Origin: a virus
Lineage: Duplodnaviria; Caudoviricetes
Reading direction: 5' to 3' (one strand)
IMG/VR virus record: IMGVR_UViG_3300031867_000018
Span: 45,016 to 109,015 of that record
DNA: 64,000 nucleotides
Position numbers and translations under genes: made by a program. Of the stretch, positions 51,153 through 62,988 are shown piece after piece. How positions within the stretch are numbered: the first letter of the stretch is position 1; every line of letters starts with the position of its first letter. The notes under the pieces were generated by a model. That model made no database searches and was not told the DNA's origin. It worked only from the letters and a program-made list of their open reading frames with translations.

Positions 51153-52154
51153 CTACCCGTCATCACCATAAAAATCATGTCGTACTTCTGCACTATAATA
51201 ATTGTTCATCGTAGTTGTTGCGTTAAATATAACCGCAATCAAATAACTGCGGATATTATTTATTTTCTCCACATTTTTATCAAGGCAATCCAAAATATAT
51301 TGAATGTGCCAATAATTTATTTCCAAAAATCTTTTCTTGATAATTTCCGCAGGTATCAAATTTCCGTTTATCTTTATCGGCTTTGTATTTGTCGCTACAA
51401 TTTCCGTCATCAATTCAACAATTTCCTCGGCTTCTGAAAGGGCAGACTCCGACAAGGAGATTTTGAGATCGTCAAAACCAATGTTATCTTCGATGATTTC
51501 TCTGTATTGCGTGATATTGTCAATCAATCTATCATTCTCTATATTCGATTGATTGATAGATTGATTATTATTTACTTGATTATTTAGTATTTTATTATTA
51601 TATATTTTATTATTGTTTCGCTTTTCGGTATCCAGTATTTCGGTGTCCCGTGTTACCGTGTCCCGTACTATAGGACACGGTGCAAACATAGTGCTACTGC
51701 GACTTTGAGCATTTTTATCTTTATTATTTTCTGCTTTATCTTTTCTCTTTGTTTTTGGTGTATTTTTCTTAATATATTTTCCCGCAAAGTTGTTATCTGT
51801 ATTTTCACACTTTTCCGATTTGGATTCTTCTTCAGTTTCTTCTGATATTTCTTCTTTAAAAATAGGCGTTGCGGAAATATAATATGCCGTATCTGCAATC
51901 CTACCTCTCTCGTCTCGTATTTCTTCCCTTTTTAAATATCCTGCCGTTTCCAACTCTTTGAGTATACGAAAGACTTTAGATTTTCCGCACGGCAAAATGG
52001 AAGACAACCCTCTGCCTGAAAAATCCCAATTATCTGGCAAAGACAACATTGTTATAAGTAATCCTCTACAGTCAAGGTCAAGATTGCGATCTCGCAGACA
52101 AGTATTATCAACAACAGTATAATCTTGTTTCGTCATATGTTTAATTACTGGCAC
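51153..52154 (-). CDS. Phage replication initiator (HTH plus DUF6017-like C-terminus)
   Basis: 'YTVVDN..RD..L....GLL..MLSLPDNW', 'HIQYILDCL..N...I.NIRSYL...FNA'. Confidence 0.8.
   Translation of the reverse strand: MPVIKHMTKQDYTVVDNTCLRDRNLDLDCRGLLITMLSLPDNWDFSGRGLSSILPCGKSKVFRILKELETAGYLKREEIRDERGRIADTAYYISATPIFKEEISEETEEESKSEKCENTDNNFAGKYIKKNTPKTKRKDKAENNKDKNAQSRSSTMFAPCPIVRDTVTRDTEILDTEKRNNNKIYNNKILNNQVNNNQSINQSNIENDRLIDNITQYREIIEDNIGFDDLKISLSESALSEAEEIVELMTEIVATNTKPIKINGNLIPAEIIKKRFLEINYWHIQYILDCLDKNVEKINNIRSYLIAVIFNATTTMNNYYSAEVRHDFYGDDG
51626..51680. repeat. Iteron-like 15-bp periodic repeats within the initiator gene (candidate origin)
   Basis: CGGTATCCAGTATTT / CGGTGTCCCGTGTTA / CCGTGTCCCGTACTA plus inverted GGACACGG; AT-rich tract at about 51540-51620. 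Confidence 0.5.
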
Positions 52155-52373
52155 TTTATCACCTTCTTACATTTCTGTTAATTTTTCCTCATTAAATATG
52201 TATATGGGATATCTGCAAAATCCTGAATTAATATAACTTCCTGTTGGTTGAGCAATATCGTTTGTTTTTAAAAATCCCTCGATATTTTCCAAATTGTTTA
52301 TATCGACACAAGCTAAATCACCTCCATAAATTACCAGTATTAACAGTTACTTTTGCAAATATTTCTCAATTAA

Positions 52374-53522
52374 TTAATTATCCGCATAGATACATATACA
52401 TTTCACCCAATATGGATCGTATTTTTCTATTTCAGACCTCAAAAGGTTGTCAAAGTCTTTTTCGGAGAGTTTATTATTGTCGTTCTGACTATACAGCCAG
52501 TCTCCAATAAATATCTCAAAATCTTCACGATTGTTAAACACCCTATTCGAATCCGACAAAAATGGTGTATCGGCATTTAAAATTTCCTCAATTGAATATG
52601 TTATTTTACTTGCAAAATTCCAGTAAAAATCTCCAGCGAAGGCATTCTCGCCCACCAATACCGCAATTGGCAGGTCGGGATTTTCAAGAATGATTTTCCG
52701 TAATTCTTCACCTTCCGTTGTTAATCCTAATTTTGTTATTTTATTTGTTATATTCATTATTCTACCTCTATGCAAATTTCCTGCACATATCTCACATATT
52801 TTCCGTTTTCCGATATAAAAGCATTTCCTGATGGGTAATACACTATCCTTGTATATTTATCATACGTCAAAAATTCTTCACCTCTCTGCCATTTTCCGAG
52901 AATTTCTTTGTCTCCCATCTCGTACATTGGGATTTCCGAAATTGTTGTATATACTTCCTTTTCTGCCGTATGAGTTACTTTTTCGCTTGCATATACAACA
53001 AAAATGAAACTAATAACAATACAAACTGTTGCTACCACAAGGTTTCTTATATTATTTTTCTTTTTACTATTTTTAGATTTTTCCGCATTCATAATGTTTA
53101 TTCTCCCTCTTCTTTTACAAATTTATTTCCACATTCGTATTGGTCAATATTTTTATAACCCACTAAAAGAGCAAAATTTCCTTTTAACACGGCTTTTTCA
53201 AGTAAATATTTATTCCTTTTAGAAATGTTTTCCGCTTGCATTTCGTTAATTTCCAGTCCGTAATCGATGAAATTACGAGTATACATAGTTTTCCCTCCTT
53301 TCATGCAACATCTTTCATATCTTCCGAATCTTTAATTTCTTTTCCGCAATTTCCGTGCGGATGATATCCTGTAATAACATTTTCTCTTTCCGCTAACAAC
53401 ATTCCAACAAACGGCAACATGAACACTAATATACTTGCATTGTTTTCGATGAAAATAGTTCCGATTGAAACAATAAACAATATCAGCGCAACAACTTTAT
53501 TTGCTAAAAGTTCTTTGTTCAT
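52374..53522 (-). CDS. Four small hypothetical proteins (two with TM segments)
   Basis: Coupled ORFs 52374-52757, 52757-53092, 53098-53286 and 53301-53522. Confidence 0.5.
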
Positions 53523-53535
53523 TTATATTTCCTCC

Positions 53536-54555
53536 TTAGATATCAATAATAATTTCCGTTAAATTAGCAAGGGCATTAACATAATGTCCCATTGTTGTCC
53601 CTACAGAAACATGTCCACACTGTTGTTGAGCCACAGATATTCCATACTTCTGAGATAATGCTGTGGCACAATAGTGACGGCACATATGCGGCGTTATTCC
53701 GTTTCCATATCGAGTAAATATTCCTCTGATATTATCTTCGTTGAGTCTTTTTCCTTTTGTATTTATAAATAACGACTTATCATCTTTTATATTCTCCATT
53801 TTTGCACGAATAACAAGCCATTCTTTTATAGCTTGTACAGCATCTGTACTCAGTAAAACTTTCCTCTGCTCTGTTTCAGGATTATAATGCCTTTTCCCCA
53901 ACACTTTTATAAAGGGTCTTTCTTCCTCGTTTTTTCCACTTAAATACACATCACATATATCTAATCCTGCAAGCTCACTTTCTCGGATGCCTGAGCCTAT
54001 AAGCACCCTAACAACATACTCATTACGTTTACTCAGCAATGGTGCTTCTGTTTTTTGATATCTACCTTTAGATTTTCCTGATTCTCTGATTCTATCTATC
54101 ATTTGATTGATTTGCTCTTTTGTTGGTAATTTTTTAGATAAATTTTCCTCAGAGTTTTCCTTGTGCAGCTCTTTTGTTTTAACTATATTTCTTTTAGTGT
54201 ATTCGCAATCAACTAAATATTCCCAAAAACTTTTTAACACACAAGCATTATGAAACATTGTTGCGTTGGAAATATTTTCTTCTCTCTCTGCTAAATATTG
54301 TTGAATCTGTATAGGTATAATTTCGTTCAAATCAGATGGTATTATTTCCGAAAAATTAGATTTCTTGATATATTCTTTTTTTATACACCATTCTAAGAAA
54401 TTTTTAATTACAGGATAGTAGATCAAAGTTGATGCTTGACTTTTTCTTGCAAATTTTACAAAATATAACCTTATAAAATCCGGAGTATTATCTTCTAAAA
54501 ATTTCTTCTCTAATTTTTCTTTGTTTTTTCTTTGTTTCTCTTCTTTATAACACAT
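53536..54555 (-). CDS. Second tyrosine recombinase (XerC/D-like)
   Basis: SGIRESE, PHMCRH, CGH, TTMGHY. Confidence 0.9.
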   Translation of the reverse strand: MCYKEEKQRKNKEKLEKKFLEDNTPDFIRLYFVKFARKSQASTLIYYPVIKNFLEWCIKKEYIKKSNFSEIIPSDLNEIIPIQIQQYLAEREENISNATMFHNACVLKSFWEYLVDCEYTKRNIVKTKELHKENSEENLSKKLPTKEQINQMIDRIRESGKSKGRYQKTEAPLLSKRNEYVVRVLIGSGIRESELAGLDICDVYLSGKNEEERPFIKVLGKRHYNPETEQRKVLLSTDAVQAIKEWLVIRAKMENIKDDKSLFINTKGKRLNEDNIRGIFTRYGNGITPHMCRHYCATALSQKYGISVAQQQCGHVSVGTTMGHYVNALANLTEIIIDI

Positions 54556-54661
54556 CTTATTTCTCTCCTTTCAAATTTTCCGCAAAATAAAAGCACCTGT
54601 AGTTATATTCTACAAGTGCCTCTGTGATATTATTTAATTTTTCATTAAAAGAAATGTTTTA

Positions 54662-55009
54662 TCAAGTCAATTCGTCAATCTTTTTCCAATCTATCTGATT
54701 GAAAATTTCCGTTGAGAAGTTTTCCAACTCTGCCGCTTTACTGCACGATTCACAATAGTCATCTACATTGTCAAAATATTCCTCGTCTGTTTCATAATAC
54801 CAGTCATTCCATTCACCTGTCTCGGGATCATATTCCTCTAATCCGCCTGTGTTGCAATAATCGGGTTTGATACGATTTTCCAGTTGGAAAGCATCATAAG
54901 CCCCTAAAATATCCATAACTTTCTTTGCTTCTTCCGGTGAGGTCACGGGAATATAAAACGATTTTCCCATACCAAACTGCGGAACCCACCATACTCTTAA
55001 TTTTTTCAT
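54662..55009 (-). CDS. Superinfection-exclusion-related protein (P22 gp17-like)
   Basis: 'LRVWWVPQ..FYIPV.SPEE....L..YD.FQ.EN.IKPDYCN.GGL', recognised from memory. Confidence 0.55.
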   Translation of the reverse strand: MKKLRVWWVPQFGMGKSFYIPVTSPEEAKKVMDILGAYDAFQLENRIKPDYCNTGGLEEYDPETGEWNDWYYETDEEYFDNVDDYCESCSKAAELENFSTEIFNQIDWKKIDELT

Positions 55010-55322
55010 AAAAAATTTCCTCCTTCATAGAATTGTAGTTTTATTCCTTATACATATCAAAATAATATTCTCCGTCTGGAGCTGTGGGAATATCGTTGAT
55101 TGAAATTTCCGTGCCTGAGAAATAGTCTGATGCTATTACTTCCGCAGACTTACTATCATAAATTTAATCGTAGTCTGTTTCGATCTCCGAAAGGTCAGTG
55201 TAGTCGGGATTGGATAATGTGTTTAATAAATTTTCCTGTGTCATAATTTTAGTCCTCCTCTGTAATTTATTCTATAAATTTTCCGCAAACAAAAAGAGCA
55301 GATGTTTAGTCTGCTCTCTGTG

Positions 55323-58300
55323 TTATTTGTTATAAGTTTCCGTAACGATACCGCTTGAATAGTAGCAGTTTGTTCTTAGCCAGCCGTTTTGTTGTGCTGC
55401 CGTCACTCTAAAATAGTGATCGCCGTCAGAATTTCCCTGTTCTATGATTATATTTTCCCCACTGTCGTTGGTTGCCGAAAGTGGGAAGGATTTATTTCCC
55501 GTTATTGCTTTTAAGTATTCGTATGTCATAGACTTATTCATCTATATAGATTGTGTCCTCTGTTGAGTTTGCTTTTAAATATTCCTTAATTTGCTCTGCT
55601 ATATCGTCTATATCTTCCATACCAATTTCCTGTCCCACATTCCACATTTTTGAATATTCTGTACCGTATGCACCTATAATCAGAACTCCATTAGGCTCAT
55701 CAAAGATTGATGTACGTTTTATTCCGTAAACAGTATTCGGATCGTCTGCGGCCTTAAAATTGATATAAGTTCCTATTCTCATGTTTTGTATATGTTCCGC
55801 TAAAGTTGTTATATTTTCCATAATTAAGCCTCCTCTATTAAACGATTAAATCTCTATTGCTTCAATACGTTTGATTTCTTCTCGCAACTCTTCTATCCAA
55901 TTTTGTTTTATTTTTCTGCCAAATTCTAATAGTGTCTTTCGAGATGTAGAAAAATAATAATATTCATTATATCTTACAATTTCCCCTTTATTTTCTTGGG
56001 CTTTTTGCAAAGACTCTTTTGTGAAATAGTTATCCATACTTTTTAAAAGCCGTTTCACTTGTATTTTAGTCTTATCTCTATCTATATAAATTTGATACAT
56101 TTTTACCTCCTTAGTAGTATAACATATTTTCCGCATAATAGTGATAATCAAATCACGATTTTATTCGGGTTTATATTCCGTTTCAAGCCCTAAAATGTAC
56201 GCGTCTTTTTCCCCGTTCCAGAAGTACGGGCGAAGGTCGGCAAGCTGTTTTCTGCCTGTTTTAAGGGCGTTATAGTCGGCTTTGACATTTTCCTCTGTAT
56301 AATTTAAAGTTGTATTTTCCGAAATTGACAAGCGAAAAGTTTTCCCATTGTGTATAAAACCGAGTTCTCTCTGTGCTATGGGATATGTGCCTATTGTATA
56401 ATGATCATATCTATCCCAATATTCAAGCTGAATTGCTATGCTGTCAGGTGTTTTTGATTTTTCCAAGATTTTCATTATGTATCACTCCTATTTCATTTTT
56501 TTGATTAAGTTAAATAACATTTGATGTTCTTTAAAGGTGATTTTTCCGCTTTGGTATGCTATATCTATACCGTCCTTTCCGTAAAACACATTCTGTATTG
56601 CCGAATCTTTGTTGCCTGCTTCTATTATCCTCTGTATGAATTTCTTAAACATATTGTATCTCCTTTCAATTTTTCCATTGCCCTGCCTCATCAGCGTAAT
56701 GCGGGCGGTCATTACGGACGGGAGAAAGTCTCCCGTTTCGGCTTATTTTTCCGTTGGAATAAGTCTCATTATAAGTTCAAATATTTTCTCTCGTGTTTTA
56801 TAGTCGTATTTTTGCTGTACTGCTTCAACAAGTAAATCTCTGTTGGGAAAGTCGGGCGGCAAAATTTCCACTGCAAAATTTATAAGCTGATTTTTTATTT
56901 CCCTTAACTGATTTTCCGTATTGCCCTCCTCTGTATATGTACTGTCGGGATAAGTCAGCCCTGCTTTGGTTGTTTCTATGGTACAAAGTTTCAAGTATTT
57001 TTCCATGTCAGATTCACTCATTGTAAAGTCGTTTCTTTGATCTGTTATTCTATCACCTGCGGACAAGCCGATTCGTTCATAAGTTTTTGCAGCGCAAAAG
57101 ATATTTTCCGATAACACTTTGTTTTCCAGTTTCTTAAATTGTTCTTGTACCATGTCATTTTGTATTTTCTTTAAATTGTAGAGTGTTTGAAGGTCATGAA
57201 GCTCCTCTGCTCTGCTGTTTAAAATTTCCGTGAATTGCTGTAATAAGTTATCGGTCATAATTTTTTCCTCCGTTCTGTTAAAATCCTGATTTAATTTATT
57301 CCCACAAAATCTATATTTATTTCCAATTAATATGCTTCTCTTCATTTCAATTTTATTCATTACTTTTTCCACATTCGCAATAATATTGTCCCTCTGCTGT
57401 ATTCTGATTTATTTCATCAAAATGTAATCTATAAAATGACGTACTACCAAAATATTTCCGGGAGACTTCCTCTGCTGATTTTCCCGTCAGCCAATTTTCC
57501 GCAAAAATATAATCAGCTAAACAATCATATATTTTAGTGTTTGTAAGTTCTGAAAGTACACCCGGCTTAACAAATGCTTTTTCGTATATAGTGTGAATAT
57601 AACTTGTGGGATTTTCCTTATATATATTCCCATATAAATGAAAAAAGCAGCCCGAAAATTTCCGAGACTGCTTCTCTTTTACTCTTCTATTATTTTTTCA
57701 TTTTTTTAAATGTGAATATTTCATGCTTTTAATCTTTTCCGCATCTATGATTTTTATTTTTTCCACATCAAGCCGATATAAAAAATCTGCCGATTTTATT
57801 AAACACAAATCTCTCACCTTCTGTATAGGTACTTGTTTTAATCTTTTGATGATAGTGTTAGGAACATTTTGCGTTTTCAAAATTTGCAATATTTTTACTT
57901 TTGCCCATTTGTGACGAGGTAAATTTTCCGCATTTATTATATTCTCTCCTATTGGACGACTTCTCATAATCCTTTATATTCTCCGCTATAGAATTTTAAC
58001 AACTCGTGGGGTGTTAACCTTTTCCCATTTTTCACAAAATGATGTTTTCCGTCCGATCCGATATATACATCGTCTCCTACTGATTCTGCTCTTGATCTTG
58101 CTCCAGCGGAACTAACCGCATCTTTTACGATCTCACCAACAGCGAATAAGCTGCCGATAGAGGTTATTATATCAAATAACATTATAATCATTCCTTATTT
58201 TTAAATAATTATATGTCATACCTTCCCACCCCCAAAGATCTCCGCTGTGTTTTCGTTCTATCCCGTTTGTAACCTCTGCAAACCATTTCCCGTTTTCTTG

Positions 58301-60719
58301 TGTTATGTGGCCTATTTTCCAATTCTGTGTTTCAGTTATATTGTAGTTTTTCATTGCGTTATCTCCTCTTTTAAAAGCCCCGGTTATTTTTCCGGGCTGC
58401 CTCTGCTTTATAGCTTACGATTTTTTTTATTTATTTCGTGTGGCTCTCATACTTTTTTATTTTTTCAGCATCTATAATTTTTATATCATTTTAAATTTCT
58501 CCCTCCTGTGAATTTTCCCACTTTTTATGGCTTATATCTAACAAAAATGTCTTTTTGTTTTCTGAACACATAGAATTAATTCTATTATATACTTCTTCCG
58601 TAAGCCTTTGTAGTTTCCCGCAAATATATCCACCTTCACCTATTTTTATTTCGTCCCAATTACCCGATTGTGTGAGGATATATATTTTATTTTCCTCTAC
58701 AACAATAATATTATTTTTATCATGGTATATTTTCCCTTTAATTTTCATGTTAATTCGTCCTCCTTATAATAAAATGTCACTTTAATTTTATGATTATTAT
58801 AACATAAATTCCTCAAAATGACAATGTTTATTTTTTTATTTTATTACTTGAATAAAGTTCCCCGCAAATACAGAGACTCTATCAAGGAATAAAAATTTCA
58901 TTTTATTTAGTTTTTAATTTCCGAAAACCCTATCATTTCACAAGCTAAATCATCCGGGGTATTTGCGTATTTTTCCATCCATACGTCAAAATGGTTGCTT
59001 AAATAATTTTCAAAATTTTCAAGCGCAGATGGATTTTCCGCAAAATTCCTTATTGCTCTGCATAAAATTTCCGCATTTTCTTTGTTTGTCATTGTTAAAA
59101 CTCCCTTCTGTATTTTCCATATTTAAAATGGTACTGCTCCCCATGCTTCTATACTTTCCGATAACCACTCATCATCTTTAAATTCCTTTTGAAGGTCATC
59201 ACATATAGTTTGTAAATTGGAATCGTCAGAAAATTCCAATTGCCACATTAAATCGCTTATACTGCTTGCAAGGTCAAAATTTTCCTCATCACTTGCAAGG
59301 CGTAACATTGCCGATATAGTTTCTTTTATGCTGTTCATTTTTCCGTGCCTCCCTCTGTTATATTTCAAAATTCGCTCTAAATATATCTGATTATTTCCTC
59401 ATTAGTTTCCGTAAATCCGTATTTTTTAAGCTGTTTAACATAATCATCAATATCGGATTTTCTTTTTACTTCGATTTGCCCGGGCGCAAAAGAAGGATTC
59501 ATATAGTTTATTAAATATCTGTAAACCTTATTTGTATAGTCAATAATTAAATGAACATTATTAGCACATCCTCTGCCGCTTTTTATCCAGTTTTTATCTA
59601 TATAGTGTAATGATATTTCATAAAATCAAGCCTCCCCTATCGTAATATTTCGCCCGAAATGTCCGCTAAATTATAATTGCCCTCTATTATCTTCACAATT
59701 TCCCAAAATTTAACCCTTTTATTATATGCCCTTGTTGCTCCTGCTTTGGACTTGTATGTTTCTACAATTGCCGGCTTTTTATTTTTATCTCCGCTTACTA
59801 CATAAAACATATTAAAATTCTCCTTTTCTATGATTAAAAAATTTCTTTATCTTGTATGTTATTATTAATAAATTCCGTGCTGCTACATGCTGTGTATTTT
59901 TCCGCAAAATTGCCACGATAATATAATTCTATTACGTCATCAAAATGCTTGTTGCACACTTCAATGATTTTTCTTTTTATCCATGCAGGATGGCAACGAT
60001 CCGCAAAATATCCGCTTTTGGTTTGTTCATTATAAAAAAATGTGTCCTCATATCCAAAAGCGTTCTCGGGTGTATCAACGGTTATATATGGAGTTATTTC
60101 AATTCCGCAAATCCCCTTTTCGCCGTCGTACTCCGGAAGGTGCATATAAAATTTATATGTTTCGTCCTCAAATTTCCTTGTTTTAAATAAAATGTCAATC
60201 ATTTTTAAAATCTCCCTTCTTTTATATAGTTGTTTTTATTTCCTCAATAAAGCCCCAAATTTTGAATTTTTGGGGCTATGATTCAAGAAATAAATTCAAA
60301 TAGTTTCAAACGCTTCTTAAAATGTATCTTTTATTTGTTTATGCTAAACCAAAATATTTATACTCTTCTATGTGCTTTTTATAATAGTTGTTTGCGGCTT
60401 CTCTGCCGTTGTTGTGCATCTCCTGCCAAAATCCAGCTACTAATTTTTCGCACATTTTCCCTTTTTCCTCTGCCGTTTGCTTTGCTTCTTCCTCAAATAC
60501 TCGTATACAATAACAATAATGGTTATGGTTGAGGTTTATCCCTTTTTTACTTCTCAAATAAGACAATAAGCCCCAAAAAATTTCCGGCTCCAGATCTCCA
60601 AATTTTATAGCCTGTAAATCTCCTGTAAAATGTTCACGGCTTCCATTTATACCAAAATTTTTATATACTGCCGTTTGTATGCTGTTTAACTTCTTTTCTT
60701 GTTTTGTCATCTTATTCAA
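55323..60719 (-). CDS. Early region: about 13 small hypothetical genes
   Basis: Short co-oriented ORFs with strong GGAG(G) RBSs separated by hairpins. Confidence 0.5.
56680..56742 (-). ncRNA. Type II hammerhead ribozyme
   Basis: GCC-GAAA-CGGGAGA(CUU)UCUCCCG-UC^-CGUAAUG(ACCGCCCG)CAUUACG-CUGAUGA-GGC, with a 3' GGGC able to pair with loop I; predicted cut between 56717 and 56716. Confidence 0.92.
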
Positions 60720-60859
60720 CCCCTTTTTTTATATTCTTTTCCCGTTATACAGTCGGCATAATTCCGAGCCTATAATGTCACAATTTATAATGTCGGTTTA
60801 TTGCCTGAATAAAGCCCCTAAAGATTAGGGACTCTATCAAGTAATAAACTTATGATGAC

Positions 60860-61828
60860 TCAGATAATTTTTTCAATTTCTGCATAAGTGGCTTTGCCTT
60901 CCATCGGGGAGCCGTCTGCATATACCATATGAGGTACTAAAAATTCATAGGTAAAATTTTTTGTTCCGCCTTTTATAAATTTAACGGGTTCTGTCCACTT
61001 ATAAATTTTTACAAGATCGCCCGGTTTAAGGTCTGATTTTCCGATAATGCCGCCCAGATCATCAATAATAGCCGTATAATATGCTATTTTTCCGATTGCT
61101 TCTTCTCTGATGTCCTCGGCATTTTCGATCCATTTTTCAACCTGCTCCGCTGTTAAAATTTCACCTTCCCAATTTTTCACGGTTTCGCCGTTGTTGATTT
61201 TTTCAAGTGTTGCGTTGTAACTGTCAATATTTTTCGTTTGGGCTTTTACTGTTTTTGTCGCTTCATCAATACGCCTTTGACAAAATCCTTTATCTTTTGT
61301 TTTTTCCGCTGTCTGCCTTGCGGCTTCTGCTCTCTCTATGTAATACTCGGATTTTTTAAACTCTTCAAAGCCTTTTTTGTAACTCTCATACATGCGCTCA
61401 CGTCTGCGAGTAAAAGCGCGCCCCGCTGATGTATTAATATTAGGCTGTGTAAAAAAGGCTATGTCTCCGCGCATTGAGTCGATCGGGGCTTGTAGCTCTT
61501 TTCCTCTTTTTTTCGCTTGCGTTGCCTTAAAATCGTATTTTTCAGCGCGTGCTTCTGCTTTTCCCTGCTTGCGTTCCTGCTGTTCCTCAAAGGTGAGACG
61601 CTCACCCGTTGAGCCTGCATCGGTCAAGCCGATTTTTTCCGCTGTCTGTTTGGCAAAATACAAATTTGGGAACTTGCAGCGGCTAACCCACGCACCCGTA
61701 GAACGAGACCAAAGAAAGCTGCTTTTAATTGTTTTTTTCTGCTCTTCTGTTAATGCCGTATAGGTTTCTTTTTCAAAATGTAATTCAAGTTTTCCGGTTT
61801 TCTTGTTTTCGATAAAATAATTAGTCAT
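60860..61828 (-). CDS. DUF3560-like protein
   Basis: 'FLWSR...WVSR', 'RAEKY...A', 'AFFTQPNI..AGRAF.RRR.RM'. Confidence 0.6.
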   Translation of the reverse strand: MTNYFIENKKTGKLELHFEKETYTALTEEQKKTIKSSFLWSRSTGAWVSRCKFPNLYFAKQTAEKIGLTDAGSTGERLTFEEQQERKQGKAEARAEKYDFKATQAKKRGKELQAPIDSMRGDIAFFTQPNINTSAGRAFTRRRERMYESYKKGFEEFKKSEYYIERAEAARQTAEKTKDKGFCQRRIDEATKTVKAQTKNIDSYNATLEKINNGETVKNWEGEILTAEQVEKWIENAEDIREEAIGKIAYYTAIIDDLGGIIGKSDLKPGDLVKIYKWTEPVKFIKGGTKNFTYEFLVPHMVYADGSPMEGKATYAEIEKII

Positions 61829-61875
61829 AATTTTTTCCTCCTTAAAGATATATAATATATTTTCGTTTCCGTTTT

Positions 61876-61927
61876 CTCCACTCTGCATTTTGCGGGCTTG
61901 TGACCGCCTCCGGCTGCATTAAAGAAG
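61876..61927 (-). ncRNA. Twister ribozyme (P1 type)
   Basis: CUUCUU-U^AA-UGCA-GC-CGGAG-GCGG-UCACAAGC-CCGC-AAAA-UGCA-GAGU-GGAG fits the twister pattern; predicted cut between 61921 and 61920. Confidence 0.85.
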
Positions 61928-61936
61928 GGCTATTTT

Positions 61937-62440
61937 TCAAGCCCTTAAAAATGTATTTATCCATGTTTTACGATCTGAAACATCTACCATTTTGCAATAA
62001 TACTTATTTGATATTTTATCATGTGCATATTGTGTTGTATAACTTCCCGTGTACATCTCCGCCATACAGAACATTTCAACGCCGCCAATACTGCACCATG
62101 CCAGCGGAGGAAGAACATCGAGCTGTTCCTCAAATGTTTCTTCCGTTACTTCTTCAGGCTCTCCTGCAAGAAGTATTTCCCTTTCTCTTACTGCGAAATT
62201 GTCATAACTCATGATGCTTATATGCTCGGCGTTATATTCTGCCTCGTCTGCCCGATCGCTCCAGTACTGCTTCTGCTCTGGATAATCAAACATATGTTGC
62301 ATACAGTCAAGATATTCGTTCCAGTAACTCATCTCTGCTCTGTCGTGTGCTTCCTTTTCTGCTTCGCCTTGATCTATAAAATCATAGATAAAAATTCTGT
62401 TTTTACCCTCAACCGCGATTACTACATCATAATTTTTCAT
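61937..62440 (-). CDS. Hypothetical protein
   Basis: GGAG RBS; 'EEVTEE.F...LDVLPPL.W', 'F.MAE.Y.G..T..YA'. Confidence 0.6.
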   Translation of the reverse strand: MKNYDVVIAVEGKNRIFIYDFIDQGEAEKEAHDRAEMSYWNEYLDCMQHMFDYPEQKQYWSDRADEAEYNAEHISIMSYDNFAVREREILLAGEPEEVTEETFEEQLDVLPPLAWCSIGGVEMFCMAEMYTGSYTTQYAHDKISNKYYCKMVDVSDRKTWINTFLRA

Positions 62441-62607
62441 AATAAAATCTCCCTTCATATATGTTTTAAAAGTTTTGTTTTATAAAGTCAAATTTTGACT
62501 TAATAAAAGGCTTGTACAAGTTTTTATACAAGCCCTATATAAACCAAAATTTCAAGCTATTTGTACTCTTACAGATGCTTTTACTTTCTTCGGTCAGTTT
62601 AGTAAAA

Positions 62608-62988
62608 TCAATAGATCATATACATAGTATCATAATCTTCGCCATCCAACTCCGATGGGATCTGGGATCCTTCTACAACTTCTCCAATGCGCTGGTAAAG
62701 TCTTTCCGCCTCGGAGTTATCAGCATATAAATATATTTTTCTGTTTTCTTCTGCAAGTTGCATTAAAATTGCCGTCCCTATGCCTTGTCTTCTGTAGTCT
62801 GGTATGATCTCAATACTTTTTACATATCCATAACTGATACCCCAGTCTTTACCATATGGGGAAAAAAAGGAGTATAACTCTATAAAGCCGATTTTTTTGG
62901 CACCGAGGCAGATGCTGAGTTCTTTATATATGCCGCCTTCTATAGTCTCATCGATCGACTTTACCTTTAAAGATACTTTACTTTTCAT
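62608..62988 (-). CDS. GNAT acetyltransferase
   Basis: 'IEIIPDYRRQGIGTAIL', 'N..AERLYQRIG'. Confidence 0.85.
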   Translation of the reverse strand: MKSKVSLKVKSIDETIEGGIYKELSICLGAKKIGFIELYSFFSPYGKDWGISYGYVKSIEIIPDYRRQGIGTAILMQLAEENRKIYLYADNSEAERLYQRIGEVVEGSQIPSELDGEDYDTMYMIY

